Numbered from the stretch's first letter, positions 50,512 to 62,736 are shown. The stretch is 64,000 nucleotides of DNA from Elsinoe ampelina (GCA_010093995.1 ML992501.1:2173320-2237319), one strand, 5' to 3'. The notes: a model not told the origin generated them from the sequence alone. Numbers and translations are program-made.

Positions 50512-51532
50512 TTATGCCTTCTTCTCTTCCCCTCCAAGCACACCATCCTTCCTAAAAACCTCCGTGCCCCAAAACTCACCATTCAAACTCGTCAACCCTG
50601 TCTTCGGCTCACAGCTCTGCCTCCCACTCAGCGGACCCGGACTCGGCAACTTGACTCCCTGCGCCGCATACCCCCTCCCCTGCTCAGGAATATGTGTCCC
50701 CTCCCCTCCCTTACCCGCTGCGTCCTTCCCTGCCTCCCCCACCAGTCCAGGCGCGAACCCACTCGCCCCCGTCTTCTGCGCCGCTTCCCGCAACGCTCGC
50801 AGGAGTGATTTTGTGGTTTCGGCCGTCAGGTCTTCGTAGTAGTCGTCGTTGATCTGGACCATGGGGGCGTTGGCGCAGGCGCCGAGGCATTCGACTTCGG
50901 TGAAGGTGAAGAGTTTGTCGGGTGTTGTGTCGCCCGGGTGGATGCCGAGTTCTTCTTCGATGGCTTGCATGATGGCATCCGAGTTGCGGAGTTGGCAGGG
51001 AGTCTAAGGGGGGGACGGAAGATTAGTAGGGAGACTGGAGAGAAACGAGGGGAGGGAACGAACCGTGGTGCAGCATTGGACGTGGAAGCGGCCCACGGGG
51101 TTGCGGTTGTACATTGTGTAGAAGGTAGCGACTTCGTACACACGCATGGGCGGCATCTCGAGGAGGCGCGCGACCTCGTTCATCACGCTGATTGAGGTGA
51201 AGCCGTGTTGTCGTTGGCCGAGATCGAGGAGTGGCATGACGGCGGCCTTTTTGTATTGAGAGGGATATCGGGCCAGGATCTCCTGGATGAGCTTTTCATT
51301 TTGCTGGTTGAATTTGAAAGGTATTGAGGGATTGTTGTCGGGTGTATCACGGTGCTAAGGAGGAGTTAGCTGGAGCGCCGTGGGAGAGCTGGTGGGTTGG
51401 CGGGCGTACTATGTTGAGGGAATCGCTTCGGAGGACGGCTGATGGGGTGATGAAGCGGCGCTGCTGTCTCCATGCTGGTCGAGCAGCTCTCGATGCACTC
51501 CGAAGTGCTGTGGGTAATAGTTTGGACGCCAT
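50512..51532 (-). CDS. NDUFV2: NADH:ubiquinone oxidoreductase 24-kDa Fe-S subunit
   Basis: Mitochondrial presequence, [24 protein letters not shown] and [22 protein letters not shown]. Introns 51355-51409 and 51004-51063. Confidence 0.96.
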
Positions 51533-51592
51533 TGTGTGTGTAGGGACGAAAAGTGCTCAGATTCGTGAAGTTCGAGATCGATGAACAACTCA

Positions 51593-51630
51593 TGATTTGC
51601 TCTGCGCTGATTGGCTGCACGGCGATTCGC
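51593..51630 (-). promoter_or_regulatory. Two overlapping CSAAT-N12-RWT (CBC/HapX-type) motifs upstream of the 24-kDa subunit gene
   Basis: The minus strand reads CGAAT-cgccgtgcagCC-AAT-cagcgcagagca-AAT, 60-100 nt upstream of the ATG. Confidence 0.55.
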
Positions 51631-52032
51631 CGCTTGCCTCATAACTTGCGACGGAAAGTTGTATTTTATAAGTGACTTGTAGTAGGGCAATTGGAGGGCG
51701 CAGTCATTGTGTGAAGCTCTACATTTGTTGTACATGCATAGTCCACCGTTCGTTCTGAAGAACAAGCCGTACTGCTAACGCTGTGCTGTACTCACTTCGT
51801 CCAACATAGCCCATGGGTATCTTCTCGAGAAGCATCTTTCAGCAGACCCGACTTTTATGAACGATCATCTTGTACTTACTCCGCCTTCTCGCGTATGGTA
51901 CCGCTTCTGTCATGGTGATAGTGCGCCATGATCGTACTCGACTCGACACTTGCAGGTGTATGACCATCGTTGGGTCCTCCACTCGTTCATTTTCAGAGAA
52001 GGAGAATGACCATCCAGCGTGGACATGATGGA

Positions 52033-52811
52033 TCATCTTCTTCGTTGGCGCCGCATGATATCGTTCTCGCGGTCCATTTCAATCCGCAGTATTTCGGGAT
52101 GCCGGTGCACGCTGGGCAGTAGACCGCATCCCACAGCTCTCCGTATAGCTTTGGCCATGCGTCGCTGGTTGACTGGTCGAAGTCCAGTGTCTGACCTTCC
52201 CTTTATTCGGCCCATCTCAGTGATGTATTCTGACATCATGGAGAAGTTCTGCTACGAATCAGCGCTGGTTGAAGTAAAAGCAGGCAATCACACGAACCTT
52301 GTAGTGGTCCAGAGGATTGAGCTGTAGATTGTCGCACACATCTCTTGCCTGCTTTCCCTTTGCTCTTGTCACTTTCCACTTTGCCATCTCAGCTCCGCTT
52401 AGGTCATGCGGCGCATATACATCTCCTTCTTTCCAGAACCGGGTCATGTTTCGCGCCAAATCAGCCCGGTCATTCTCTGCTTGTAGCTTGGCCAGTGACT
52501 CTTGTGATTGTGCTGTATCTATTGTTCTACCAGCCACATTCCTGTCCAGCATCCTGTTTGCTGCTCCGATCCCGCCTTCTCGTCGACTCTGTAATTCTCC
52601 GGCAGTGGCCGAGGGTGGGCCCAAAGGTTGCTGTCTTTCTCGGAGCTTTGCCATGGTTTCTTGACTGATATCAGAAGTTGAATCGAATTGATTACGCGCA
52701 GGCCCACATACCCTGAAAACTTGTGGCAGCTGGTGGAGCGTCTGCAAGAGCTGCTTTCGTGGTCGAGAACAGTCGGCGCTGTTGACCACGACATGATCGG
52801 CAAACGAACAT
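52033..52811 (-). CDS. RSM18: Mitochondrial small-subunit ribosomal protein bS18m
   Basis: Presequence MFVCRSCRGQQRRLFST, WKEGDVYAPHDLS and NPLDHYKNFSMMSEYITEMGRI...TGLRPVNQRRMAKAIRRA. Introns 52660-52711 and 52249-52297. Confidence 0.9.
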
Positions 52812-53102
52812 GATGACTTCTGCGGCAATGTGTGCCGTGAGTGACAAGTGGGGGTGCTGCAGATATTGTTTGATTAATTGTTGAATGGAGAGAGGGTCCC
52901 GTCCGCAAACATGTCATGGAGTGAGGTTTCTTGCATGTCAAGAAGTGACCAATCGGAGCTTCGCCAGGGTTCCTGCTTCATGGGTATCTAATTTTCCAGC
53001 TGTACGAGAGCTGCCCCGACGACATCCGTATATGGAGTTATTCACGCCTGCCTAGTCCATATTCTATTGAGGAGATGCGCTTCATCAGTACATCCGACAA
53101 TC

Positions 53103-55605
53103 ATGCCCTCTCAATTGACAAGGGCGGTATTCAGGCGCCTTACTGCTGAGCAACAGCTGAGCTATTCCGGCTGTATCGCTTCCACGTCTCGACTTCGACG
53201 GCGACCAGGACTGCTCAATGGTTCGAGCGTCTTGTTGCGCCCCCAGACGAGATCTTTCCTTGGTCTACCGATATTCAATAAGCGACGCAACGCCGTCACG
53301 GAACCTCGACTCGACCCTGGGATTGATAAACTTGAGGAGCACGCAAAGAGATTGAGACTGAGGGCACGACTGAACCGTCCCGACGAGATCCGTCTTGCTA
53401 TCGTAAAGTACATCAAATACAAGTCCACTTTGAATACACCTATCGAAGACCAGCATGTCCGTCTTCTCCACACGGCCTACAAGCACGTGCGGACGATCGA
53501 AAGATACCAACTGGACACAGTGGACTTGGAACGCATGCTTGCAGCTTTGGGCCGGTCCAACATAGCTTGGCTTGACGGAAAACCGGATGAGCCGAGCAAG
53601 GGTCGATTTGCAGTCCTTCTTCTTGCGGATCTCTTGAGAAGGTCTGACGAGCAGCAAGGAATAGCCGGTGAAGCTGTCGAGCACTGTATCTTTGCTCTCA
53701 CGAGAAGTGGAAGATCGCTTCGAGCCCGTGATATCATCTTTGGACGGTCTGTGCGAATTCGGGCGGACGACGGTGCCAGCGACGTCGAATCATCCTTCGA
53801 CCTGCCAAAATTCGATGAAAGGAAATGCCTTCTACACGTAATACAAGGTCTATCTCTGGAGCACCAGGACGAAGCGATCCTGGAGACTCTGAACCTGGCA
53901 GCACGACATGGTCATGCCTTGGAGAAACTGCCCATGCATTGTTCCATGCTGTGCCGCCACCATATGAGCAGGAAGCGCACGGCAGAGGCACGGCACTGGT
54001 ATGACCATTTCAAACACGCCTGTGAGATTGGCACGGAACAAGTACCCAAGAATTTACCCAATTACTACCGCGACCTTTTCCGTTACTGTATCACGACAGG
54101 AAATCGAGAGTGGGGCCAGGCCCTGGCCAGCGATGCCCTGGAAATGTTTTCGGCACAAGAGGGAAATAACTTTGTGCTCATGTGGGCTGCAGGCATCGGT
54201 AGAGGTGTAGAGGAGATCGAAAGAATGATCGACGTCATGGAAGAGTCCACCGATTTCAGATGTGATACCAGGACTATCAACAAAATAATGGCTGTCGCGC
54301 TTTGGCAGAAGGACGCTTATAAAGCCGAGCGATTCTTCAACCTCGGTGCATCTCGAGAATTGGAAGCCGACGCGTCGACCTACATTATGCAAATGGATTA
54401 TCGTTGCTCTGTCGGCGATGTTGATGGGGCATTGACGGCGTACAGCAACATGCAGAGCACAACGCATCCACATGGTGGCGAGGATGTGGCAGCTGTGAAC
54501 AAGCTCGTACGTGCAATGTGCGGAACCAGAGTGCATGATTTCGACTCAATCATGAATGTCGCTGCCGACCTCACCGACACGGGAGCTCGATTCGAGGCAG
54601 AGACTGTATCGACGCTTGCGGTATTGCATCTCAGCAGGGCCGAGATGGACGACGTTGAAGACCTGCTCAACACACATGCATTTCAGTACTCAACAGCAGA
54701 GAGGCAGGGCATATTAGAAGCGCTGATTGATTTTTGCCTCGAGCCTGAGCACAGCTCGGAAGTGGTTTGGGCAACATACGAGCTGTTGAAGAAGACATTC
54801 GACGATATGAATCGGGATCAGAGGACAAGGCTCATGAATGAATTCATGCGGCGTGGGCATGGACACTTGGCTGTGACAATCTTTGAGCACATGCGCCTGC
54901 ACACGCGCGAGGACACACTGCCAATCTTCGACACGTATATCCAGTGTCTGAAAGGGATCAGCGCTTTGAAGGATGATGAGAGCTTCAACGCACTCTACAA
55001 CCTCTTAAAGCTGGACACCTCGATTGAACCGGATACGGCGTTACACAACGCACTCATGGAAGCCTGCATCGCGTGCGGCGACTCCCCTCAAGCTTTGTCA
55101 TTCTGGGCGAGAATCACCGCGAGCAACGAAGGACCAGACATTCTAAGTATCAAACTCGCAATGCGGGCTTGTCAAGATTGCCCGGCAGGTGACGAGCGGG
55201 CCATGCAGATCCACAGGCGTCTAGAAGCAGCTGGGATGGAGATGAGACCTGCTTACTATGCATGGGTACTGGCGGCGCTTGCGGCCCATGGGCGAATCCA
55301 ACAAACAATTGATATGATGGAGCAGATCTGGGAGCGTAAAGGGGTCGCTCCGAACAAGGACATGTGAGTGCGAGATACAAGTAGCTGAATACCCAATTGG
55401 GCATTCACTGACACTAGGCAGGCTCGGAAGTCTATTGAACGAGGTAAGTTCGAGAGAGGCTCAAGAACAGGTCCTAGCTTGGGCGAAGCAGCGAGTGCCC
55501 GATGCATACGAGCGAATGGAGAGACATTCGCTGGGAACCGATGTCCTCGGTCGAAGGAAGTATGACCGTATGCAAATCAGTGGCCACGATCACGTCCGGG
55601 TATAG
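53103..55605 (+). CDS. CIA84: Mitochondrial PPR-like protein, complex I intermediate-associated protein 84-like
   Basis: Presequence MPSQLTRAVFRRL, helical PPR-like repeats and LKLDTSIEPDTALHNALMEA / FWARITASNEGPD. Intron 55364-55421. The orthology call is from memory. Confidence 0.72.
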
Positions 55606-56537
55606 CACACGTCACTGTACAGAAGACGATGCTTGTGGAACATGTAGATAACGGACATCATGACATGGCTGTACATAAGATGTCGGAACTATGCGTTATC
55701 GCTGTGAGAGATATTGTGTTTGTCAAAACCTGTTTGTGCATCCCTGCTGTCGTTCGCTTCTCCGGCAGCGACGTCATCGGCCAAGCTTTGGATTGGTGGG
55801 ATGGAAATCGTGGTCGAGACAGGAAGAATGGAATCGGATGGCTGGGAAATGATGAGATTGTTCTTGAGCTCAGCGAGCTCACATAATTTTGTGGGTGCCT
55901 GTCGTTTCACATGGCCTGATCCTCCTGCCGATCTTGCTTCTCGTCCTTTTTGTCGCAGCGAACCGTCGGCGCATCAGACACAAGATCACCGCCTCCCGCC
56001 TCGTGCCGCACCTTGTTCTCTCACCTCATCTACTTCACTGACCACCGTTGCAAATATCACTTCTAGTTGGTCTTGCGACATTGGCTAGGGCCATGAGTTA
56101 CAGCGATCTGGACTGATCACATTCGAACTACTCACTGGGTCAAGAAACGGCAGGCACAGCTGACCAAGAAAGACCCCTCCATCGACCAGTAGTCAGCCGA
56201 ACACCGTCAAACACAAAACACACCACACGCTGCAAACAAACATCCTTGCCAAAGACACCTAGCGGAACACATCCCGGCCTGTCGCAATCTGGTCAATCCT
56301 CTACGGCAGGCTTCTGCAGCCTCGAGACTACATCGACAGAGGTATCAGCGCTAGCCCGCCTCGGCGCTGCGCCCGCTTCGCAGCCAACACATCACCTGCA
56401 CCCAAGATCCACACCCGCCGCTTTGCCTTTTCACATCCCAACTAGACCTCAGTCCACTTTCGACCCTCACTTCACGCAGACATTGTCTTCTTTTTCCACA
56501 CAATCAGCTTGCGCCTTGATTTCGACCGACTGCGACC

Positions 56538-59500
56538 ATGTCGGTCGTTTACAAGGATCGTGACCGGGACCGGGACCGGGACGGTGGCCGATCCTACACA
56601 ACCGTACGCCGTTACAGGGTTCCCGACGACGACGATGCTCGCAGCACAAGCGTCCGCGAGAGAGATGTCGTTATCAAGCGAGAACGCGACCCGGCACCTG
56701 TCAAGGAAGTCAAGGAATACAGAATCACAGAGCGTGAAGTTGAACCACGAAAAGAAGAGTACAGGGTAGTCACCCGCGAGCGCGAAGTCGAGCCGACTCG
56801 GAGGGAGCTTGAATACCGTGTAGTTGAGCGGGAGAGAGAGCTCGAGCGATCCCCCGTCTCTCGCGAATACAGATATGAAAGAGACATCATTCGTGCGCCA
56901 TCACCGCCAGCCGAGCAGCACATCCACGAAACACGCATCGAGCGCGACATTGAGAGGTATCAGCCACCCCGCCGAGACGACTACGACCTTGAGAGATACA
57001 CCCGCTCAGTCGACTATTATGCGCCTGAGCCCAGACCGATCATCATCCGTCAAGACCCGCAACCGATTATCATCAAGGAGGCTCCACGACCAGAACCCAT
57101 CGTGCTCGAGCGCGAACGACCTCGCTACGAAATCATCGAACGCGAAGAAGTAAGAGAAGATCGTCAGCTCGTCCGTCGTGAGGAGCCTCCTCCACCTCGC
57201 AGAAGAGATGAGGAGGACTACTACTATGAGCGCCGGACACGAGAGGTCGACCGCGGCCCGAGAAGGGATGGTGGAGGGGATTACATAGACGAGGAAGAGT
57301 ACCGATACCGTCGCGAAGTCGACCCACGCGACTCTGCATCACAGCATCCCAACGACAGATACAGCGACGACGAAGTCTATGTTCGCAAGGAGAAGGTCAG
57401 CGAGCGCTCCAGATCTGGCTCACCTCACACTCGCCGTCATCTTGCTGAAGGTGCCGTTGCTGGGATTGGCGCTGCAGAGATCCTTCGCCACCACAAGAGA
57501 CGACAAGGTGAAGAACCCGGACATCGTGGACGCAACATGATCGGATCGGCTGCACTCGGTGCGGTTGCCGTAGAAGGTCTCAGCAGGGCTAGATCCAAGG
57601 CTAGGAGCCTTCGTGGTGGCTCACGCTCAAGGTCTTCCAGCAGCGAAGCAGCCTACTATCGTTCCAGGAGCAAGCATCGCAAGCACAGGAGCCGCAGTCG
57701 TAGCAAGTCTCGTGTGCGCCAGCTTGGTGGTGTTGCAGCCGTTGCAGCGGTGGGTGCTCTTGCCGGCTATGCCCTTCGCAACAGAAACAGGCAGCAACAA
57801 ATTGCAGAGCGTCGCAGCCGCTCCCGTCACCGCCGCGGATCTGTCTCTAGCGAAGAAGTCGTCGTCGAGAGAAGCGCCAGCGCAGATCCCAAGAAGAGCA
57901 AGAACCGAATCGCCCAAGCTGGTCTCGCTTCTGCTGCAGCTGCCGGTCTGTGGCAGCGTATGCGTAGTCGGTCACGAGGTGCCAAGGGCAAGTCTCGCTC
58001 TCGCAGCAGGCTTCGGACTGGCGTACCTGTCGCTGCTGCTGGTCTGGGCGGTGCCGCCATCGCCAACTTGTATGAGCGTAACAAAGCTCGTAAGGCAGCC
58101 AAGCAAGGTGGTGTCGCTCGGGAAAGGTCATTGTCCCGCTCAAGGAGCCGAAGCAGATCTCGAAGCAGGTCTGTCCCATACTCGGAAGATCCTGGCCTCC
58201 GACGCGCGAGTAGCGACCCAGCTCTCATCGAATACGGCGGCGATCCAATCTATCCTGAGCGTGAACGACCTGGAGAATACCGACGCCGCCACCGTGGCAG
58301 CTCAAGCGACTCCAGTCCAGACCGTCGTCGCCGACGTGGATCGCGAAGTAGGAGCAGGAGTCGAAGCCGAAGCAGGACTAGGGGTCTCGCCGAAGCTGCC
58401 GCTGCCGCTGGTGTTGCCGGAGCCGCTGCGCATCACATTACTAAGAAGAATGAGCGCAAGCGAGCCGAGAAGGAAAGAAGGCGTGAGTCCCACTCCAGCG
58501 ATGACCTCGCCGATGACGATCTGACCGACGTACCAGGCCGTGAGCGTGATGAAGAATATGCTCCGGAACAGCAGTACACTCCCCCACCAATGGGTCCCAA
58601 TGCTGGACCATATACGCCGCAGCAGGAGTTCTACCCCCAGTCGAACAGCTTCCCGCCTCCGCCGCAAAATCAGCCGTACGACACGAGGGAGGCTGAGTAT
58701 GCACAACAAGGTCAATACCCTCCGTACAACCCTGCAGACTACCCACCAGGTCCTACCAACGCCACTCCAACTCCTGGCGTTGAAGGGTACCCTGCCTCTC
58801 CTAACGACCAATACCACTATCATCCCAACGAGACTTTTGCCGGCGATGCACGCTATGACGAGCGCCAATACCACAACGCGAGGGCAGGACCAGAAAATGT
58901 GAGTCCTAATTTCGGTACCGGCGCCGACGACGAGCACGGTGCGTGATCGTCCTTTTATGATTTTACAATTCCAATCTTTCCTCCACGATCACACGATATG
59001 CTTTGCTATGGCACATACTAATACTGTTCAGATGGTATGAGAACCCCTCGCGCCAAATCTGTTCAATTCGCCGACCCTTCATCCTCTCCCAACCGCCACC
59101 GCTCTCACCCACGCGACTCCCTAAACCCAGAAGACGAACGCACCCGCAACGCCCACGAAGCCGACCTCTCCTCCGCCGACGGCGAACGCAAACGGCAACG
59201 CCGCCGTCGCCGCCGCCGCGACCGCGAAGGCTACTCGAGCGGAAGCGACTATCCCACCTCATCACCAGAAGACGAACGCTATGACCCCCGCGATAGAGAT
59301 CGTGACCGAGATCGAGACCGCGACCGCAAACGCGAAGGCAAGAGACGAAGCCGCTCCGCTGACCCCGAAATCCGTCCACGCAACACTCGCAGAGACACGG
59401 CGGCCAGCGTGCAGAGCGACGAGACGGAAGACCTCCCGCCAAGATTCGACGAGAGTGGTCGCAAGATGCCGGAGAAGGGGGAGGATCCGATGATGGATAA

Positions 59501-59579
59501 GTTGCAGGATATTCTAGCGGGGAAGGGGACGGCGGGGAGTATCTTTAGGAAGTTGATGGGGGATGGGGGGAGGAGGTAG
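56538..59579 (+). CDS. Large R/S/E-rich protein, DUF3824-like
   Basis: Repeated RSRSRS tracts alternating with GAAAAG hydrophobic blocks, P/Y-rich YPPYNPADYP and terminal ETEDLPPRFDESGR. Introns 58483-58536 (in-frame) and 58939-59031. Confidence 0.8.
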
Positions 59580-59904
59580 GGTCGGGGAGGATCGGGAGGG
59601 TGAAAAACGAGGGCAAATGAAGAGTGGTAAAGATGAATGAAGATTATGGTGTAGGACGCAAAGCAGATTATGAGATATGATTCCCTTTAGATACCTCTTT
59701 TGCATGATATACGTTAAAAACTCACTTGGTGCTTATGTGGCACTGTTGATGATACCGATATATTCCCCGGTCTACCTTCTTCTCGCTGTTCGCCACGCCA
59801 CCGCCCATACTCCAGCAAACGATGGGAATGAAGACCGGTCCGCTCACGAAGGCTACATGCATCTCAACCTTTGATGTGCTTACCAATCATATTGCTTAAC
59901 AAGC

Positions 59905-60235
59905 AATTGTTACCTGCTGAGGGCGACGTCGTAGCAGGTGCAGTACTCGGCGGAGGTAAGAAAGCATCAAGGCAGCGTTCACATACGACAGCAACACGCG
60001 GGTAATCACAGGAGAACAACATAGCACAACACACGGCACAAGACAATAACAACAACAAGCACAACCACACGGTCTGCTCCATCCCGTCGACGGAACAGCG
60101 TGACGACGCAACGACGTGGCACATCGAGCCACACAAGCCTTGTGCTTCGCCCACGCGACGACAAGGTCTGGTTTGTTCAGGAAATGATCCATTCGCTCTC
60201 AAGCTAGGAGTCACCCCTCAGCCACCACGCTGCAA
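59905..60235 (-). ncRNA. Candidate structured RNA element (unidentified family), or a structured distal 3' UTR of RPL28
   Basis: End-to-end helix between 60203-60222 and 59916-59935, plus internal helices that need G-U pairs on the minus strand. No credible ORF. Confidence 0.3.
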
Positions 60236-60426
60236 GAGTCGTCCTTTGAGAAACAGACCCTAGGGTATGCCGTTATGCCATTCCATGCTTTTTCCTCTCA
60301 TCATCTTCCGAGGTCCTCTCCCACCACCATCTCCCACCCCTGTGCACCCATGGCCAACGGACCAGCCTCCACTGTCAACCTTCAACCTGTACTCTTCCCC
60401 TCATCTCATGCCAACCATGTCGACAT

Positions 60427-61079
60427 CTATGCGACGAGCTGCACAACCCCACCAGCCTCCTTGATCTTCCTCTCCGCGTCCTTGGAAAAGTACCTCGCCC
60501 TCACAATGATGGGCACATTGGGGATACGTCCCTTGCCGAGAACCTTGGAGTAACCGAGCGGGAGCAAGTCGAGAACAGGCGCAGTCTCCTTGCCCGCCTT
60601 GCCGGAGAGGTACTTCTCGCGCTGCTCAGCTGGGACGAGAGACCAGAGCTAATGTCACCACGTCAGCCACCATTTGCCCCCCATCCATATATCCACCCCA
60701 AGCAGAGGGAGGGAAGTGCTCATGCTCATGCTCACCTTGTCCAAGTTGACCACTGGCTTCCAGAACTGGTTCTGCAGCTTGTGGAAGTACCGCATGCCCA
60801 CTTTTCCAAAGTATCCAGGGTGGTACTTGTCGATGTTGGTGCGGTGGTGGTGCTGACCACCCGCCATACCGCGACCACCGGGGTGCTTTCGGTGCTTGCC
60901 TACGCGACCGTGGCCGGCGGAGACGTGGCCACGGCTGGAATCATGGTGTTAGCGAGCGTTTTTGGAGGGAGGGGGGTTGCGCTGCATTGGTGGGGGGAGA
61001 CAGGGTGATGGTGCATGGTGGGGGGCGCGATTGTGAGGAGGACGTACTGCTTTCTGGTCTTGGTTAATCTGGTCGGCAT
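60427..61079 (-). CDS. RPL28: 60S ribosomal protein uL15 (L27a / yeast L28)
   Basis: [59 protein letters not shown]...[10 protein letters not shown]. Introns 60935-61047 and 60649-60735. Confidence 0.97.
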
Positions 61080-61395
61080 TGTGGTTGATGTGCAGGGTGC
61101 TGTGACTGACTGCTGAGGTTGTGATGTTGGCGCGAGTCCAGTCTGCGGTGAGGTTGAATTTTTCGGAGAAACGAATTTGCGTGGCCGAGAAGTCTTGGCG
61201 GAGCCGCGGTTCCAGTTTCCTATTGCGTCTGATGCCGGCTCATTTGTGTTCCTAAAACTTGCTCATACTGGTTCGAGGCACATTCGATTATTCTGCAGTC
61301 TCGCCCGCAACCTCATCTATGTCAAATTGCACATTTGATGTTGTAGCATTCTTATCGCTCGTATCTCTGGATTCTGCGAGCGATTCTTGTATGTG

Positions 61396-62736
61396 CTAGA
61401 CTCTATCGAAACGACGCTGGCTACTCCATTCACCATTGTCGAAGTTTCCGCTCCAGTTGTTACCTTGAAATACCTGGCCAATGTTGGACTGCGAGCCGAT
61501 CATGAAATTCGATGCCGGTTCAAACCCACCGCGCATGGATTTGTTGCCGCCGCTACCAAGGGATTCTGCCTCGCGCGTCTGCGCAGCCTGAGCAACTAGG
61601 CGCGGGCCTAGATCGCGACACCATCTCCTCAGCTCGCCACGGATGAACTTGTACCCAGGATCTCTTTCGTCCCTGAACTTTGCGACGCCAGAGTGGTCTG
61701 CTTGCATGGCCACCGAGGTGTATGCATTCAGGGTCGCGGAATTCTTGGGCACGACCTGAGCAAGTCAGTTTAGATCCTGTACACAGCACAAGCGCGTGAT
61801 GACGAACCAGACTCCCAATAGCACTAGTGTTGAGGTCCTCAAAGAAGCAAGTGATTTGCCACTTTGGGAGACCTGCTGCATCTCGGTCACGGATCATGGT
61901 ATGGAATTCCTTCTGTATACGTGCCAGGACTTCCGACTGAGGCTCCAAGACGCTGACGATGGCATCGTTGGCTCGTATCAGGACCATGACCGATTTCCCG
62001 ATCTTAGCCCAATCCGCCAATTGAGACCCGCAATGCGGAGTGGCCATGAAAATTATGCCCCTTGTCGCCTCAACGATGCTTTTGAGATGCGGCTCGGCGC
62101 TGTTCTTCGAGTACAGAAGCATCTGGATGACATGTCAGCTGGAGATCGGTGAATCATAGTTGCATGGCATACGTCCTCTACTACCAGTCCACCAAGACTA
62201 TGAGCAATGAAGAACAAAGGTCGATCGGCCTGTGTTTTGTTGTAAGTATCGGACGATTCTTGTGCGACTTCAGAGTCGCCTCACCTCGCCTTCCGAGTCT
62301 CGCTCATGAGCAAGGCTCGTAAGGAACGTTTGTGCATGGTCGCCTATCCTGCTTTGCGACACTGTGGACCACATGTGGCCAACGTCTGCATCGTAGCCGT
62401 AAGTGAAAATGCGGGCATTTGGAAAATCACGTGGCAGCAGTTGCTCCGGCCAGAAACAAGATGTTGACCGATGAGTCCAAGTCGTCTCGCGATCACCGGT
62501 GAGCCCATGGACCAACACTATGCTGATCTTGTCAATCATCGGAATATATCACATATCGACTCTGGAATGTCTTACTCTACTGCTCGGTTCTTGTTCGCTG
62601 GCTCGCTGCACTGGAACATACCAAGCTCACCTCGCGGTCTGGCGGGAAGCTCCACTTCAGAACCACTTCCATCTTTCTCCGCATTTCGGCTCAGCTTCTT
62701 CGGCTTGTCTTTCTTTTTGTCGTCTTTGAACGGCAT
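61396..62736 (-). CDS. SesB-like (SERAC1/DUF676-type) alpha/beta hydrolase with a C-terminal putative amyloid signalling motif
   Basis: Five exons (introns 62523-62575, 62230-62284, 62123-62172, 61756-61807). Motifs DIVLVHGLTG, FWPEQLLP.DFPNARIFTYGYDA, nucleophile elbow FIAHSLGGL, GIIFMATPHCGS and ADHSGVAKF. Tail NFMIGSQSNIGQVFQGNNWSGNF. Confidence 0.9.

Noticed and set aside
1219..58536. Five 3n, stop-free introns read through by the ORF track (1219-1263, 6719-6769, 22129-22194, 44082-44144, 58483-58536)
   Set aside because: About the number expected by chance among roughly 40 short introns. An annotation hazard rather than a system.
60180..60192. GGAUCAUUUC on the minus strand resembles U3 snoRNA box A, and neighbouring text loosely resembles snR30 m1/m2
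   Set aside because: No downstream U3 boxes C'/B/C/D, and the m1/m2-like pieces are imperfect and wrongly spaced.
60217..60303. ATGATGA ... CTGA pair on the minus strand (possible C/D snoRNA)
   Set aside because: Lies in the probable RPL28 3' UTR, has no recognisable rRNA guide, and such short boxes occur by chance.
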